Below the pieces are notes generated by a model. That model did no database searches. It saw only the letters and a list, made by a program, of their open reading frames with translations, and was not told where the DNA came from. DNA of 64,000 bases, from the NCBI GenBank assembly GCA_964503755.1, contig CAZDBO010000002.1, positions 261 to 64,260 on the forward strand, in the 5' to 3' direction. The position numbers were made by a program, and so were the translations under genes. The number at the start of each line of letters is the position of its first letter. The stretch's first letter is position 1. This DNA comes from an uncultured Candidatus Saccharibacteria bacterium. GTDB taxonomy: Bacteria > Patescibacteriota > Dojkabacteria > JAOAGR01. Positions 20,101-30,480 of the stretch are shown in pieces.

Positions 20101-20829
20101 TTATTTTTTGGATTTTCTAACAAATTCGCGAAACAAATCATAGACTAATACATCATCTTGCGCCTCAATATGCCCCTGAAACCCAATACAAAAATAATCT
20201 TTATCTTCATGTTCGATTATTTCAGTGATATTGTCTGGAGTGGTACCAACTATTCGCATATTTTTACCCGAATTTTTGATAGATTGATGATGAGCGGATG
20301 TTATTTCTATCTCTTCAGTTTTGATAATTTCAAATACTTTAGAATCTCTTTTTACAAATACTTTATGACTAAAATCTGGTTTAAATAAATCATCATAGTC
20401 ATCAGCTCCATGTTTTAGAGAGCTGATAGCCGGCACATGTTGATAAAGCTCTCCTCCGTTTGCGACAGCAAGCACTTGTGCACCTCTACATATCCCAAGT
20501 ATTGGGATTTTCTGAGCTATTGCTTGTTTTACCAGTTTAATCTCAAAATCATCTCGTCTGGACTCTTTTATTTCGGTTTTTTCGTGTTTTGCTTGATTAT
20601 AAAATTTTGGATCTATATCACTACCGCCGGTTAGTAGTATTCCATCAGCATAGTCAAGTACCATATTTATGATGTCTTCATTATCAATTGATGGAATTAT
20701 GATAGGTATTCCCCCAGCTTCGATAATTTTATTTATATAAGTTTCGCGTACCATATGTACAAATACCTGTGATTCGGGTTTGAGTTTAGTTTGAGCTGTT
20801 GGGATGTAGATTTTTGGATTTTTTGACAT
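20101..20829 (-). CDS. class I glutamine amidotransferase-like hydrolase (peptidase C26 / gamma-glutamyl hydrolase PuuD-like)
   Basis: The GICRGAQVLAVANGGEL nucleophile elbow with a downstream HH...E is typical of C26/GATase1 enzymes. Confidence 0.6.
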   Translation of the reverse strand: MSKNPKIYIPTAQTKLKPESQVFVHMVRETYINKIIEAGGIPIIIPSIDNEDIINMVLDYADGILLTGGSDIDPKFYNQAKHEKTEIKESRRDDFEIKLVKQAIAQKIPILGICRGAQVLAVANGGELYQHVPAISSLKHGADDYDDLFKPDFSHKVFVKRDSKVFEIIKTEEIEITSAHHQSIKNSGKNMRIVGTTPDNITEIIEHEDKDYFCIGFQGHIEAQDDVLVYDLFREFVRKSKK

Positions 20830-20909
20830 ATTGGATTATTTTATCAGATTAAAAATTTAGTTTCACAATTAAGATTTGTATGTTAAAAAATTAATTCATT
20901 ATAATAATC

Positions 20910-21716
20910 GTGATGAAAAATCTAAAAAATTTTAGAGTTAATAAACAATTCATATATTCTGTAATTCGCTTTTTTGCCAATGAACGTAATAGAAGATTCG
21001 TAATGTTAGCATGGCGTTTTAGATCAAGGATGGGGATATTGGCTGTTATTTTGCTACTTATTTTTTTATGTATTGTTTGTCTATGCTGTTTTACTTTTTT
21101 TTCACTGTTAGTTCAATCTGGTAGCGTAATTCAGAGAGAATTAGAAAATGTCAATAATACAATTAACACGACCCAGGAAAGTGTTTCCCAAGATAACAAT
21201 AGTAATGAAAATGACAACAAAAGTCAAAGTGAAAACAATAGTCAAGTCAATTCTAATGAATCAGAAAAAACAACAGATGCTTTAACAAATTCTAATCCAA
21301 CAGTTGCAGTAAATAGCCAAAATATTCAACTTTCAGATGCTTATGTCGTAAAAGTAGTAGATGGTGATACTATCGATGTAATAATAAACAACGAAACTAA
21401 AAGAGTCAGATATATTGGCGTAAATACACCTGAGAGAGAGAAATGTTTTTTTGAAGAGGCAAAGAATTTTAATTCAAATTTGGTATTAAACAAAAAGGTA
21501 AAACTAGAAAAAGATGTGAGTGAAACGGATAGATATGGACGGTTATTGCGGTATGTATATTTGGAAGATGGAACTATGGTAAATGAAAAACTTGTAGCCG
21601 AAGGTTATGCTCAGGTCAATACTTTTCCTCCTGATGTAAAGTATCAGGATAGGTTCTTAGAGGTTCAGAAAAAAGCAAGAGATGAGGATAGGGGATTATG
21701 GAGTAGATGTAGGTAA
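20910..21716 (+). CDS. membrane-anchored thermonuclease (SNase-like) family nuclease
   Basis: An N-terminal transmembrane helix and a N/S-rich linker precede YVVKVVDGDTIDV...RVRYIGVNTPE...DRYGRLLRYVY, which is staphylococcal-nuclease-like. Confidence 0.65.
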   Translation: MMKNLKNFRVNKQFIYSVIRFFANERNRRFVMLAWRFRSRMGILAVILLLIFLCIVCLCCFTFFSLLVQSGSVIQRELENVNNTINTTQESVSQDNNSNENDNKSQSENNSQVNSNESEKTTDALTNSNPTVAVNSQNIQLSDAYVVKVVDGDTIDVIINNETKRVRYIGVNTPEREKCFFEEAKNFNSNLVLNKKVKLEKDVSETDRYGRLLRYVYLEDGTMVNEKLVAEGYAQVNTFPPDVKYQDRFLEVQKKARDEDRGLWSRCR

Positions 21717-21718
21717 AT

Positions 21719-22480
21719 TTAAATATTACTAAAGCTTCTGCCGCTGTTTATGTTATATCTTTGTCCTGTGATTGATTTAGATTCTATAAATAATTCAACA
21801 ATTCGTGCAACCTCATAGCAACTAGTTAAACCAAACGGTATACGCGATATGACGTCTGGTCTTTCTTCTTTTGTTTTTACACCCATAGAAGTATCTAAAA
21901 GTCCAGGTCGAATTACATTAGCCCGAAATGCACATTTGTTTTCTATTCCAAATCTAGCAAAAGATTGGATCATATGTTCACTTGCTCGTTTTGCCATACC
22001 ATATGCCATTTCATTTGGTGCCGCCCCCTCACAACTAACACTGCTAATATACGTTATAGAACGATACGGATTTGGATTCTTAATCCATTCTTGAATTAGA
22101 TATCGAGATATGATAAACGAACTTAGGGTGTTTTGTTCAACAGATTCTAGTATTTCTTCTCTTGATAAATTACATAGATCCTTTGAGAACATAATACCGT
22201 GGCACAGAACTAGATGATCATAGTTTATTGGATTTCCTAGTTTTTCTTTTAAGATTTCTAAATCGACACTTGACAAATCTAAATTATGATGAGTATATGA
22301 ACTATTATGAACCTTAGACCATATAAAAAGATCTTTTATGTTTTTTTTAGTTCTTGATATACCAATAATTTTATATCTAGTAAGAAGGTGTTTTGTTATA
22401 ACTTTTCCAAGTCCTCCATTTGAACCCGTTATAATTATAGTACCTTTGGGGCTAATTGATTTTTTGTTCGAATCTTGCAT
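21719..22480 (-). CDS. short-chain dehydrogenase/reductase (SDR)
   Basis: IIITGSNGGLGKVI forms a TGxxxGxG Rossmann motif, with a downstream Y...K in YGMAKRA. Confidence 0.7.
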   Translation of the reverse strand: MQDSNKKSISPKGTIIITGSNGGLGKVITKHLLTRYKIIGISRTKKNIKDLFIWSKVHNSSYTHHNLDLSSVDLEILKEKLGNPINYDHLVLCHGIMFSKDLCNLSREEILESVEQNTLSSFIISRYLIQEWIKNPNPYRSITYISSVSCEGAAPNEMAYGMAKRASEHMIQSFARFGIENKCAFRANVIRPGLLDTSMGVKTKEERPDVISRIPFGLTSCYEVARIVELFIESKSITGQRYNINSGRSFSNI

Positions 22481-22565
22481 ATTTTTTATTTTGTTTTTTA
22501 ATATATAGTTTCTAACTCAAACTAGATTATTTTATTTTATCAAATATTTGATAATAATAATATAT

Positions 22566-23528
22566 ATGTTTAAAACAATACTTGTTACCGGATCCGCAGG
22601 ATTTATAGGTACAAATCTTGTTGGACTTTTGTTAAAACAAGGTCATGTGGTAATAGGTGTAGATAATTTTTCATCATCGGAAAGATGGAAATCAGAGATA
22701 TACAAAGATAATCCAAATTATCATTTTTTTGAAGTTGATATAACTGATAAGGATGCATTGGATAGTGCGTTGGCACAATTTCAAAAGATAGATGAAATTT
22801 ATAATCTCGCCTGTCCTGCATCACCCCCTAGATACATGAACCTTTCTTTGGAAACTATCAAGGTAAATACTGGAGGAATGATAAATATTCTTGAAGTTGC
22901 AAAAAGATATGGAGCAAAAATATTGCACACATCTACATCAGAGATTTATGGTGATCCTTTAGTACATCCTCAACACGAAGATTATCGTGGAAATGTAAAC
23001 ACAATTGGACCGCGTAGTTGTTATGACGAGGGAAAAAGAATCTCTGAAACTATTTGCTATGAATATCATAGGATTTTTAATCTTGATATCAAAATAGTGC
23101 GGATATTCAATACTTATGGACCTTTTATGGATCCACAGGATGGTAGAGTAATAACAAATTTTATTCTCCAAGCATTAAAAAATGAAGATATCACTATTTA
23201 TGGTGATGGTAAGCAAACAAGATCTTTTCAATACATTGATGATTTACTAGACGGAACGATTAGATACATGGAACGAGATATACCTTTTCAGGCGATAAAT
23301 ATTGGTAATCCAGAAGAGTTTACGATATTAGAGCTTGCTGAAATGGTGATAAAAATGACTAATTCTAAATCAAAAATAATATTTTGTGATTTGCCAAAAG
23401 ATGACCCAAAACAGAGAAAGCCAGATATATCAAAAGCTATGAGACTTTTAGATTGGAGACCGAGTGTGAGGTTGGAGGAGGGACTGGAAAAGACTATAAA
23501 ATACTATAAAGCTTATATTCTAATTTAG
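22566..23528 (+). CDS. NAD-dependent epimerase/dehydratase, UDP-glucuronate decarboxylase (UXS)-like
   Basis: ILVTGSAGFIGTNLV, a YDEGKR catalytic region and ITIYGDGKQTRSF match the UXS/dTDP-glucose-dehydratase pattern. The track ORF begins at 22548. Confidence 0.75.
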   Translation: MFKTILVTGSAGFIGTNLVGLLLKQGHVVIGVDNFSSSERWKSEIYKDNPNYHFFEVDITDKDALDSALAQFQKIDEIYNLACPASPPRYMNLSLETIKVNTGGMINILEVAKRYGAKILHTSTSEIYGDPLVHPQHEDYRGNVNTIGPRSCYDEGKRISETICYEYHRIFNLDIKIVRIFNTYGPFMDPQDGRVITNFILQALKNEDITIYGDGKQTRSFQYIDDLLDGTIRYMERDIPFQAINIGNPEEFTILELAEMVIKMTNSKSKIIFCDLPKDDPKQRKPDISKAMRLLDWRPSVRLEEGLEKTIKYYKAYILI

Positions 23529-24151
23529 GAATTACATTGACTTTTGTTAGAAATTATAATTGTTTTTTTCGTAAAATAAATATATTGAAGATCCAATACA
23601 GCAAATTTATTATCTAGTAAACGGATCTATTTCATACATCAAAAATTTTCTCAGTGCTTTTCGGTTCCATTATATTATTTTTTCCTATATCTACTATAAT
23701 ATTTCCTTTTTTGCCTGATTCGCAGATAACTTATCAAGGTTTAACTTAAATTGTTTTTATTTGTTTTTCAGCGACCTTGGGCACACTTTTATCAAACCCC
23801 AATAAAAAATAAGTATTTTTCTATATATAAATAAACTTTAAAATTTGATTTTTTAAAAAATAAAACTCATTATCGGAAAAATCATAATTATATTCGAGAT
23901 CTTCAGTGCCTACATCCAGGCCAGCAGCAGGGTTCATTTTTTCCAGATTTGAGAAAATTTAACATCTTTAGACCTCTTTTTCTTTTGTTTCATGTTTTTT
24001 GGCACTTGTTATAAAACATATCCATTCATCTCTTTGTCTAGGAGTGATTTTGTTCGATTTATCTATTATTTGTTGATCTGATAATACATACTTTGATACA
24101 AATTCATCTAAATTGTTATATTGCCCATTTAATAAATTTTTATTCATAATC

Positions 24152-25083
24152 TTAATAAAATAAAGGTTGTTGCACGCACCATACATGACTAAAATCTCCT
24201 CTTTCTAGATCTTGTCTGCGAATACAGTAAAATATTCTGCCACTGTTATCGGACCAGTTTATATTTAATCTCCGATCTGAATCAACTTGTAATAAGAGAA
24301 GTCAATTTTTAGCTTCATTTTCAATACTACCAACTAATTCCTGATCATATTTGTCACGGTAATTAAATGAACGCCATAGAATATCATTATAATAATCGTA
24401 TCCTCTATAAATAGCTTCACATACTTTTTCTATATTGGATTGTAATACACTTGGATGACCAAACAATTTGTGAAACATATTTCCTCCTCTTGGTACCATC
24501 AGTTCATAACGGTTGTGATTATTATGTTTTTCTGCAAAGACATTAAATATAAAGTCAACTGATGATGATGGAAGTCCATATTTCATTTGAAAATTGACCG
24601 AATATTCATTAAGTATCTGAAAATGTCTTTCTTGATTAAAATTAGGATAAAATGGAAATATATTTTTTAGATCACTTGTATAAATCACACGAAATTTTTT
24701 CGAATGTGACTTTTTATCTTCAAAATCTTCATTTCCATACTCTGCAAAAAAATACAAAATACCATATCTTGGGAAATTTATATCTATCCGTATATCTTTT
24801 AATTCTTCCAAATTAATATGTGCAATAAAAGATAAAGGGCGATTCCAATCTCCTCTTGGCCAGTCGATACCCATAGGTAAGTCTGGATATCCACCAAGTC
24901 TAGATGCCCCTATCCTACCTCTGCCTTATTTGTCTAATTTTATAACTATTTCCGGCTTTACTTGTCCTAATAAAACATCTAAGTAATTATCTAAATCGTA
25001 TTGTTTTATTAATTCTTTTATTTCATCGACAGTTGTCACATCGTTTATTGCTGGTAAGCTTTTTTATCTGGCGAAATTGTCAT
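24152..25083 (-). pseudogene. DUF1963 (YwqG-like) family protein, disrupted
   Basis: N-terminal MTISPDKKAYQQ* is followed by a frameshift, then ...IKLDK*GRGRIGASRLGGYPDLPMGIDWPRGDW...FIAHINLEEL with an in-frame TAA, then the C-terminal LLLLQVDSDRRLNINWSDNSGRIFYCIRRQDLERGDF (DUF1963 C-motif) in another frame. Confidence 0.5.
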
Positions 25084-25344
25084 CAGAATTGTTATTATTT
25101 CATTGTTGAGGGATAAGTGATTGGGAGTTGGATTGAAATAGTTTGCTTAGAAAGTCGAACATTATCTATTATACAAAAATTTAAAAAAACAATTATGTTT
25201 CAAGTTTTTTTATCAAAAATTACAATAACGTGGTTTAGGACATTAATTATTAGCTGTAAATACTGACACAGTGGTACCATTTTGTTAAATATATTTTAAG
25301 TTATATACGGTTGAAATATATGTATTTTATTGTAAAATATTAAC

Positions 25345-25629
25345 ATGGAGGGTATAGTAAATCAATATGATGTACTTCCTTTTGTTTTAGGCGTTTTTCT
25401 TGGTGTTGTTTCAAGTTTTGTTTGTAAAATGCTAGAACCACAACAAGCAAAATATTATGCTTTAGTTACACCTTTGGTTCCTTTTGTTGTTTCTGGTATA
25501 GCTTATTTCTGGGTGAATTCTATTTTTGATGTGCAAAATCCTGGAATTTCGTTTGTTTTCACTGTTTCGGCAGCATGGACTCTTACTTCTGGCATTTTTC
25601 AAGTTCTTACGCAAAACCAGAAAAAATAA
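25345..25629 (+). CDS. small hypothetical membrane protein
   Basis: 94 aa with three hydrophobic segments. Confidence 0.3.
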   Translation: MEGIVNQYDVLPFVLGVFLGVVSSFVCKMLEPQQAKYYALVTPLVPFVVSGIAYFWVNSIFDVQNPGISFVFTVSAAWTLTSGIFQVLTQNQKK

Positions 25630-25675
25630 ATCATAATATATATTTAGGATAAATTTTAAACTGTTATTTATTATC

Positions 25676-27121
25676 TTATTGTGATTCTGTTTTGATTATC
25701 TGCTGAATAAAATATATCAACGTATCGGTATTTTGTTTAGTCTTACTCTCCGCATAAAGCCTAATCAGAGGCTCAGTACCACTAAATCTAATTAATGCCC
25801 ATGATCCATCTTCAGCAATCAATTTTATTCCATCTAATTTATTTACCTTTACTACTTTTTGTCCCTTTAATTCTTTTATTTTGTCATTTTCTAATATATC
25901 AATAAGTCTTGCTTTTTGTTCCTCTGTTAACTTTATACTAGCTTTGATAGGTACAAAACTACCGTATTCTGCCATTAGATTTTTAATATATTCACTAAAT
26001 GTCATCTTTGTTCTTGTAAAAATCTCTACAAACAAAAGACAAGCCAATATACCATCCTTTTCTGGAATATGACCGTGTACAGAAAGACCGTTTGATTCTT
26101 CACCGCCGACGATGATGTCTTCTTTTAGCATAATATCACCGATATATTTGAATCCAACTGGTACTTCGTGTACGGTAATGTTATATCTCTCTGCAATTTT
26201 GTCTATGAGGTGAGTTGTACCAACAGATCTTACAACTGATCCTTTCCATTTAGGTTTGTATTTTAGTGCATAATCAAAAAGTATTGCTAAAAGATAATTT
26301 GCATCTACGTAACTACCATCAGAATCGACTACCGCATATCTATCAGCATCGCCATCATTTGCTACACCAATGACTAAACTGCCCTTTTGAGACTCTAAAA
26401 TGACTTTTTCAGATAACTCTTTTAGATTTTTTGCTGAAGGTTCGGGTGCATGCCCACCAAATAAAGTCTCACGATAATTGTTTATACTTATTACATTTAC
26501 ACCTAACTCTTTTAATATTTTGTCTGTATAATCACGACCTGTACCGTACATTGCGTCATATACTACAGTTATATTTGCATTTCTAATCAAATCAAGATCG
26601 ACATATTTTTTTATTGTATTAATATAATCTTCACTCGGATCTATTATCTCGATCTTTTGAGATTCTAATAATGATTCAAATGTGATATTTGTTTCAGCGA
26701 TCTGATGACGATCTAGGTATATCTCTTCGATGTATGATTCGATACGAGATGTAATTTCTTTTAACGGACTTGCACCATTTGACGCTATAAATTTGAGACC
26801 TTGATAGATAGGAGGATTATGTGATGCAGTAAAATGTATACCACTGTCAAGTTTTTGACGTATTATCTGATGGCTTATTACAGGTGTTGGTATATCTCTA
26901 TCACAAAAATAAACTTTTATTTCACTCGATGCGAGGTATATTGCAGCGTATTTTGCGAATTCTTCTGCCAAAAATCTTGTATCATAGCCGATAATTACAG
27001 ATGAGAATTTATTTTCTTTGAAATACCTAACTATTGCATGTAAGCAAAGTTTTAGGTTTTCAAAGGTAAAATCTTTAGCGATGATACCTCGCCAACCGGA
27101 GGTACCAAATTTGATTTTCAT
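25676..27121 (-). CDS. phosphoglucomutase/phosphomannomutase family protein (archaeal-type PMM/PGM; could serve as GlmM)
   Basis: The TASHNPP active-site Ser loop and a GDGDAD metal-binding loop are present. Confidence 0.8.
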   Translation of the reverse strand: MKIKFGTSGWRGIIAKDFTFENLKLCLHAIVRYFKENKFSSVIIGYDTRFLAEEFAKYAAIYLASSEIKVYFCDRDIPTPVISHQIIRQKLDSGIHFTASHNPPIYQGLKFIASNGASPLKEITSRIESYIEEIYLDRHQIAETNITFESLLESQKIEIIDPSEDYINTIKKYVDLDLIRNANITVVYDAMYGTGRDYTDKILKELGVNVISINNYRETLFGGHAPEPSAKNLKELSEKVILESQKGSLVIGVANDGDADRYAVVDSDGSYVDANYLLAILFDYALKYKPKWKGSVVRSVGTTHLIDKIAERYNITVHEVPVGFKYIGDIMLKEDIIVGGEESNGLSVHGHIPEKDGILACLLFVEIFTRTKMTFSEYIKNLMAEYGSFVPIKASIKLTEEQKARLIDILENDKIKELKGQKVVKVNKLDGIKLIAEDGSWALIRFSGTEPLIRLYAESKTKQNTDTLIYFIQQIIKTESQ

Positions 27122-27730
27122 TGACTGAGTATACCAAAATTTAAAATTTCTACAAAATTAAGTACTTAAAACAAATTAAAAAGTAAATTCTTTGAGTTAT
27201 GTCAAATATATTGTTTATTGTATTTATGACAATCTTTGGTTTTGTAACATTTCGCATAAGACATTCGGGAAAAAAATAATTTTTTATTTTTTAAGAAAAA
27301 CGAAAAAATAAAGATTGCAAATAAAGAAATTCGAGTCGATGAAATTGTGGAAGGACTTAGACCAATGATTTACATAGATAAATATTATTTTAACTTAATT
27401 TGAAGCCTAGTTATTTACAAATGATAGGCGTGTCAGTTGTTGATTATATATCATTTATTTTGAAATGAAGAATTTCATCCTATCAGAATTTGAATGATGT
27501 CAGTCATTATCAATCTAGAAACCAGCTGATTCAGGTAAGTTTCCGGAGGTTCTGGAAAATAAATTGGAAATACAAGTATCAAAACCTGTAGGTTATGATG
27601 AGATCAAGGACAAAGAAGAAAACTACACTCTAGTGAATCAAAATTATAATTCATTTGTTAAATTCTTAATTGATTGAATGAGGATTACAATTATGATTCT
27701 ATTTATTTTTATCAAACTAAATTTAATTTC

Positions 27731-27807
27731 TGGTCGGGGAGAGAGGACTCGAACCTCCGACTTCATGAACCCGAATCATGCGTTCTAGCCAACTGAACTA
27801 CTCCCCG
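27731..27807 (-). tRNA. tRNA-Pro (anticodon CGG)
   Basis: The reverse complement is CGGGGAGTAGTTCAGTTGGCTAGAACGCATGATTCGGGTTCATGAAGTCGGAGGTTCGAGTCCTCTCTCCCCGACCA. It has a C1:G72 pair, a TTCGGGT anticodon loop, a GTTCGAGTC T-loop and an encoded CCA. Confidence 0.85.
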
Positions 27808-28090
27808 TATTTATAAAATTTTAACATAAAATTTTGTAAATGATTCATAAAAGAATTATTATTTAATAGTTATAAAACGAATGCTAAAACTAAATAAATA
27901 GATAAAATTAGAATACTTCATTCTAGTGTAATTATCCTGGCAAATTAAGCAAAAACGTAAATTAACACCTGAGACATTATTTTAGCTTATAAAAGGTTAA
28001 AACATCTTAACTATTGACTAATAACAAAAATTAGATAGTATTATTGAATATGGAACTAATATTTTTTGTTTATTAATTTTCTTTGTTATA

Positions 28091-28795
28091 TTGGTAGTTT
28101 TATTTTTTAAAGGATTTTTAATAATAAATCAGTACGAATGTGGACTTTTATTTACATTTGGTAAATATTCAGGCCAAAAAGGACCGGGTCTAAATTGGCT
28201 AATCACATATGTACAAACAGTGATAAAGGTAGACATGCGTACTATCACATCTGACGTACCACGTCAGGAGGTAATTACTTCTGATAATGTATCTGTACGT
28301 ATCAATGAAGTTTTGTATTATCGTGTTATATCTCCAGAAAAAGCTTATTTGCAAGTGCAAAATATCGGATTGGCTGTAAATAATTATGCGCAGGCTACAC
28401 TTCGAGATATTATCGGAAACATTACATTAGATGTATTACTAAGCCAAAGGGATAGTATTGCTGATAGGATAAAACAAATTGTGGAACAAATTACAGATCC
28501 GTGGGGAGTAAGGATCGAAGAATTAAGGCTTCAAGATATCGAAATAGACGCAGCTATCAAGACCGCAATGGCCCGTGAAGCAGAAGCAGCAAGGGAGAGT
28601 AAGGCTATCGTTGTGAAGTCTGAGGGAGAACTTGTGGCAGCGCAGCGTATTGCGGAAGCCGCTAGAATAATCAACTCGGTACCCGGAGGTATCACTATAC
28701 GTACACTGAACGCATTAGAACAAACAAGTTCTGATCCAGCGAAAACGATTATTTTTACTTTGCCGATAGAATTGGTGGAAAGTCTAAGAAGATAA
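28091..28795 (+). CDS. SPFH/band-7 (stomatin/prohibitin-like) domain protein
   Basis: IINQYECGLLFTFGKYSGQKGPGLNW...KVDMRT...QEVITSDNVSVRINEVLYYRV matches the stomatin core. A transmembrane segment lies in frame upstream without an ATG, and an ATG in another frame at 28050 suggests an indel in the T6 run near 28062. Confidence 0.75.
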   Translation: MVVLFFKGFLIINQYECGLLFTFGKYSGQKGPGLNWLITYVQTVIKVDMRTITSDVPRQEVITSDNVSVRINEVLYYRVISPEKAYLQVQNIGLAVNNYAQATLRDIIGNITLDVLLSQRDSIADRIKQIVEQITDPWGVRIEELRLQDIEIDAAIKTAMAREAEAARESKAIVVKSEGELVAAQRIAEAARIINSVPGGITIRTLNALEQTSSDPAKTIIFTLPIELVESLRR

Positions 28796-28900
28796 AATCC
28801 GTTTTTTTATTCATTAATTAAAAAATTCTCATAAATTTTTGCGGTTACTAATAGATAATCAATTTACTTTTTGTTATATTGGTTAGACTAAATTAGATAT

Positions 28901-30478
28901 ATGTCACCAAAAATCAAAAAACGACCTAAGCCTGTTGTTTTAGTTATTCTTGATGGATTTGGTATCGCACCACCATATCCAGGTAATGCTGTCACTGCTG
29001 CTAATATGCCTGCATTTAGTAGATTAATAAAATCATTTCCGCATACACTTTTGCATGCTTCTGGATCTGCTGTAGGACTTCCTCATGGAGTTGTGGGAAA
29101 TAGTGAAGTTGGACATACTAATATTGGCGCTGGAAAAATAGTTTATCAAACTTTACCTCGTATCAACTCTGCCATAAATAATGGTAGTTTTTTTGATAAT
29201 CAAACTTTGATTAATGGTATAAAACACTGTAATACATATAATTCTAATTTTCACATAATGGGCTGTGTATCGACAGGAAATGTACATGCGGCATTAGAAC
29301 ATTATTTTGCTACTTTACATACGTTAAAAAAACATGGTTTTGATGGCAGACGAGTATTTATCCATGCATTTACGGATGGTCGAGATACTCCTCCCGATTC
29401 ATCACTAAACTTTTTATCAATGCTTGAATCTGAATGTAGGAAATTAGGCATAGGTAGGATTTCTTCTATCATAGGTCGATATTTTTCGATGGATAGAAAT
29501 AATAAATGGGATAGGACTAAAAAGGCTTATGATTTGATAGTAGAGGGTATTGGAGAAAAATTTAAGAGTATTGAGGAAGTAGTAAAAACTTCATATTCAC
29601 GTGGTATAACAGATGAATTTATAGAACCTTCATTGATAATCAATCAACAAGGTGGTGTGGATACAATAAAAGATAATGATGTTGTTTTTTTTGTAAATTA
29701 TCGTGCGGATCGTGCTCAGCAGTTAACAAAAATGTTTATTGAACCAGATTTTAATAAGATAGATTGTAATCGACGCAATAATATTTTCTTTATTGGAATG
29801 ACACAGTACGACAAGAATCTTACTCCACGCATGCATCTTGTTTTTGATCCTGAGAATGTTACGGTACCTATAGGAAGAGTTATTTCAGAAAGTGGACTGA
29901 GACAGCTGCGTATAGCCGAAACAGAAAAGTTCGCTCATGTTACATTTTTCTTCAATGGGGGTAGAGAAGTCGTATTTGAACGAGAAGATAGAGTTCTTGT
30001 ACCTTCGCCCAAAGTTGCTACTTATGATTTGAAGCCTCAGATGAGTACTTATGAGCTTACGGAGGTATTGGTACAAAAGATTAGGCTTAATATTTATGAT
30101 TTTATTGTTGTAAATATTGCTGCTACAGATATGGTAGCTCATACTGGGGTGTTTAATGCGGCGGTAAAAGCAGCAGAGGCTGCTGATTATAATCTTGATA
30201 GGATAGTAGTAAATACACTTGCGGTTGGCGGTGCGGTCTTTATCACTGCAGATCATGGAAATATTGAGGTTATGATAGATCCTGCCACAGGCAAGCCTCA
30301 CACAGAACACACGACTAATCCAGTACCTTTTATCTATGTTGGTCCTGGTGCTAAACCAATAGAGTTACCTATGGGAGCACTCTGTGATGTTGCACCAACT
30401 ATTCTTAATGTAATGGGAATTCCTATACCTACTCCCATGCAAAATAGTCGTAATTTATTACATTCAGTTATTGACTAG
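28901..30478 (+). CDS. gpmI: 2,3-bisphosphoglycerate-independent phosphoglycerate mutase
   Basis: VVLVILDGFGIAP at the N-terminus, SEVGHTNIGAG, and metal-binding TADHGN near the C-terminus. Confidence 0.9.
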   Translation: MSPKIKKRPKPVVLVILDGFGIAPPYPGNAVTAANMPAFSRLIKSFPHTLLHASGSAVGLPHGVVGNSEVGHTNIGAGKIVYQTLPRINSAINNGSFFDNQTLINGIKHCNTYNSNFHIMGCVSTGNVHAALEHYFATLHTLKKHGFDGRRVFIHAFTDGRDTPPDSSLNFLSMLESECRKLGIGRISSIIGRYFSMDRNNKWDRTKKAYDLIVEGIGEKFKSIEEVVKTSYSRGITDEFIEPSLIINQQGGVDTIKDNDVVFFVNYRADRAQQLTKMFIEPDFNKIDCNRRNNIFFIGMTQYDKNLTPRMHLVFDPENVTVPIGRVISESGLRQLRIAETEKFAHVTFFFNGGREVVFEREDRVLVPSPKVATYDLKPQMSTYELTEVLVQKIRLNIYDFIVVNIAATDMVAHTGVFNAAVKAAEAADYNLDRIVVNTLAVGGAVFITADHGNIEVMIDPATGKPHTEHTTNPVPFIYVGPGAKPIELPMGALCDVAPTILNVMGIPIPTPMQNSRNLLHSVID

Positions 30479-30480
30479 AA

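Noticed and set aside
29885-30310. ORF 29885..30310 on the minus strand (141 aa).
   Set aside because: It is antisense within gpmI. An AT-rich genome produces long antisense ORFs by chance.
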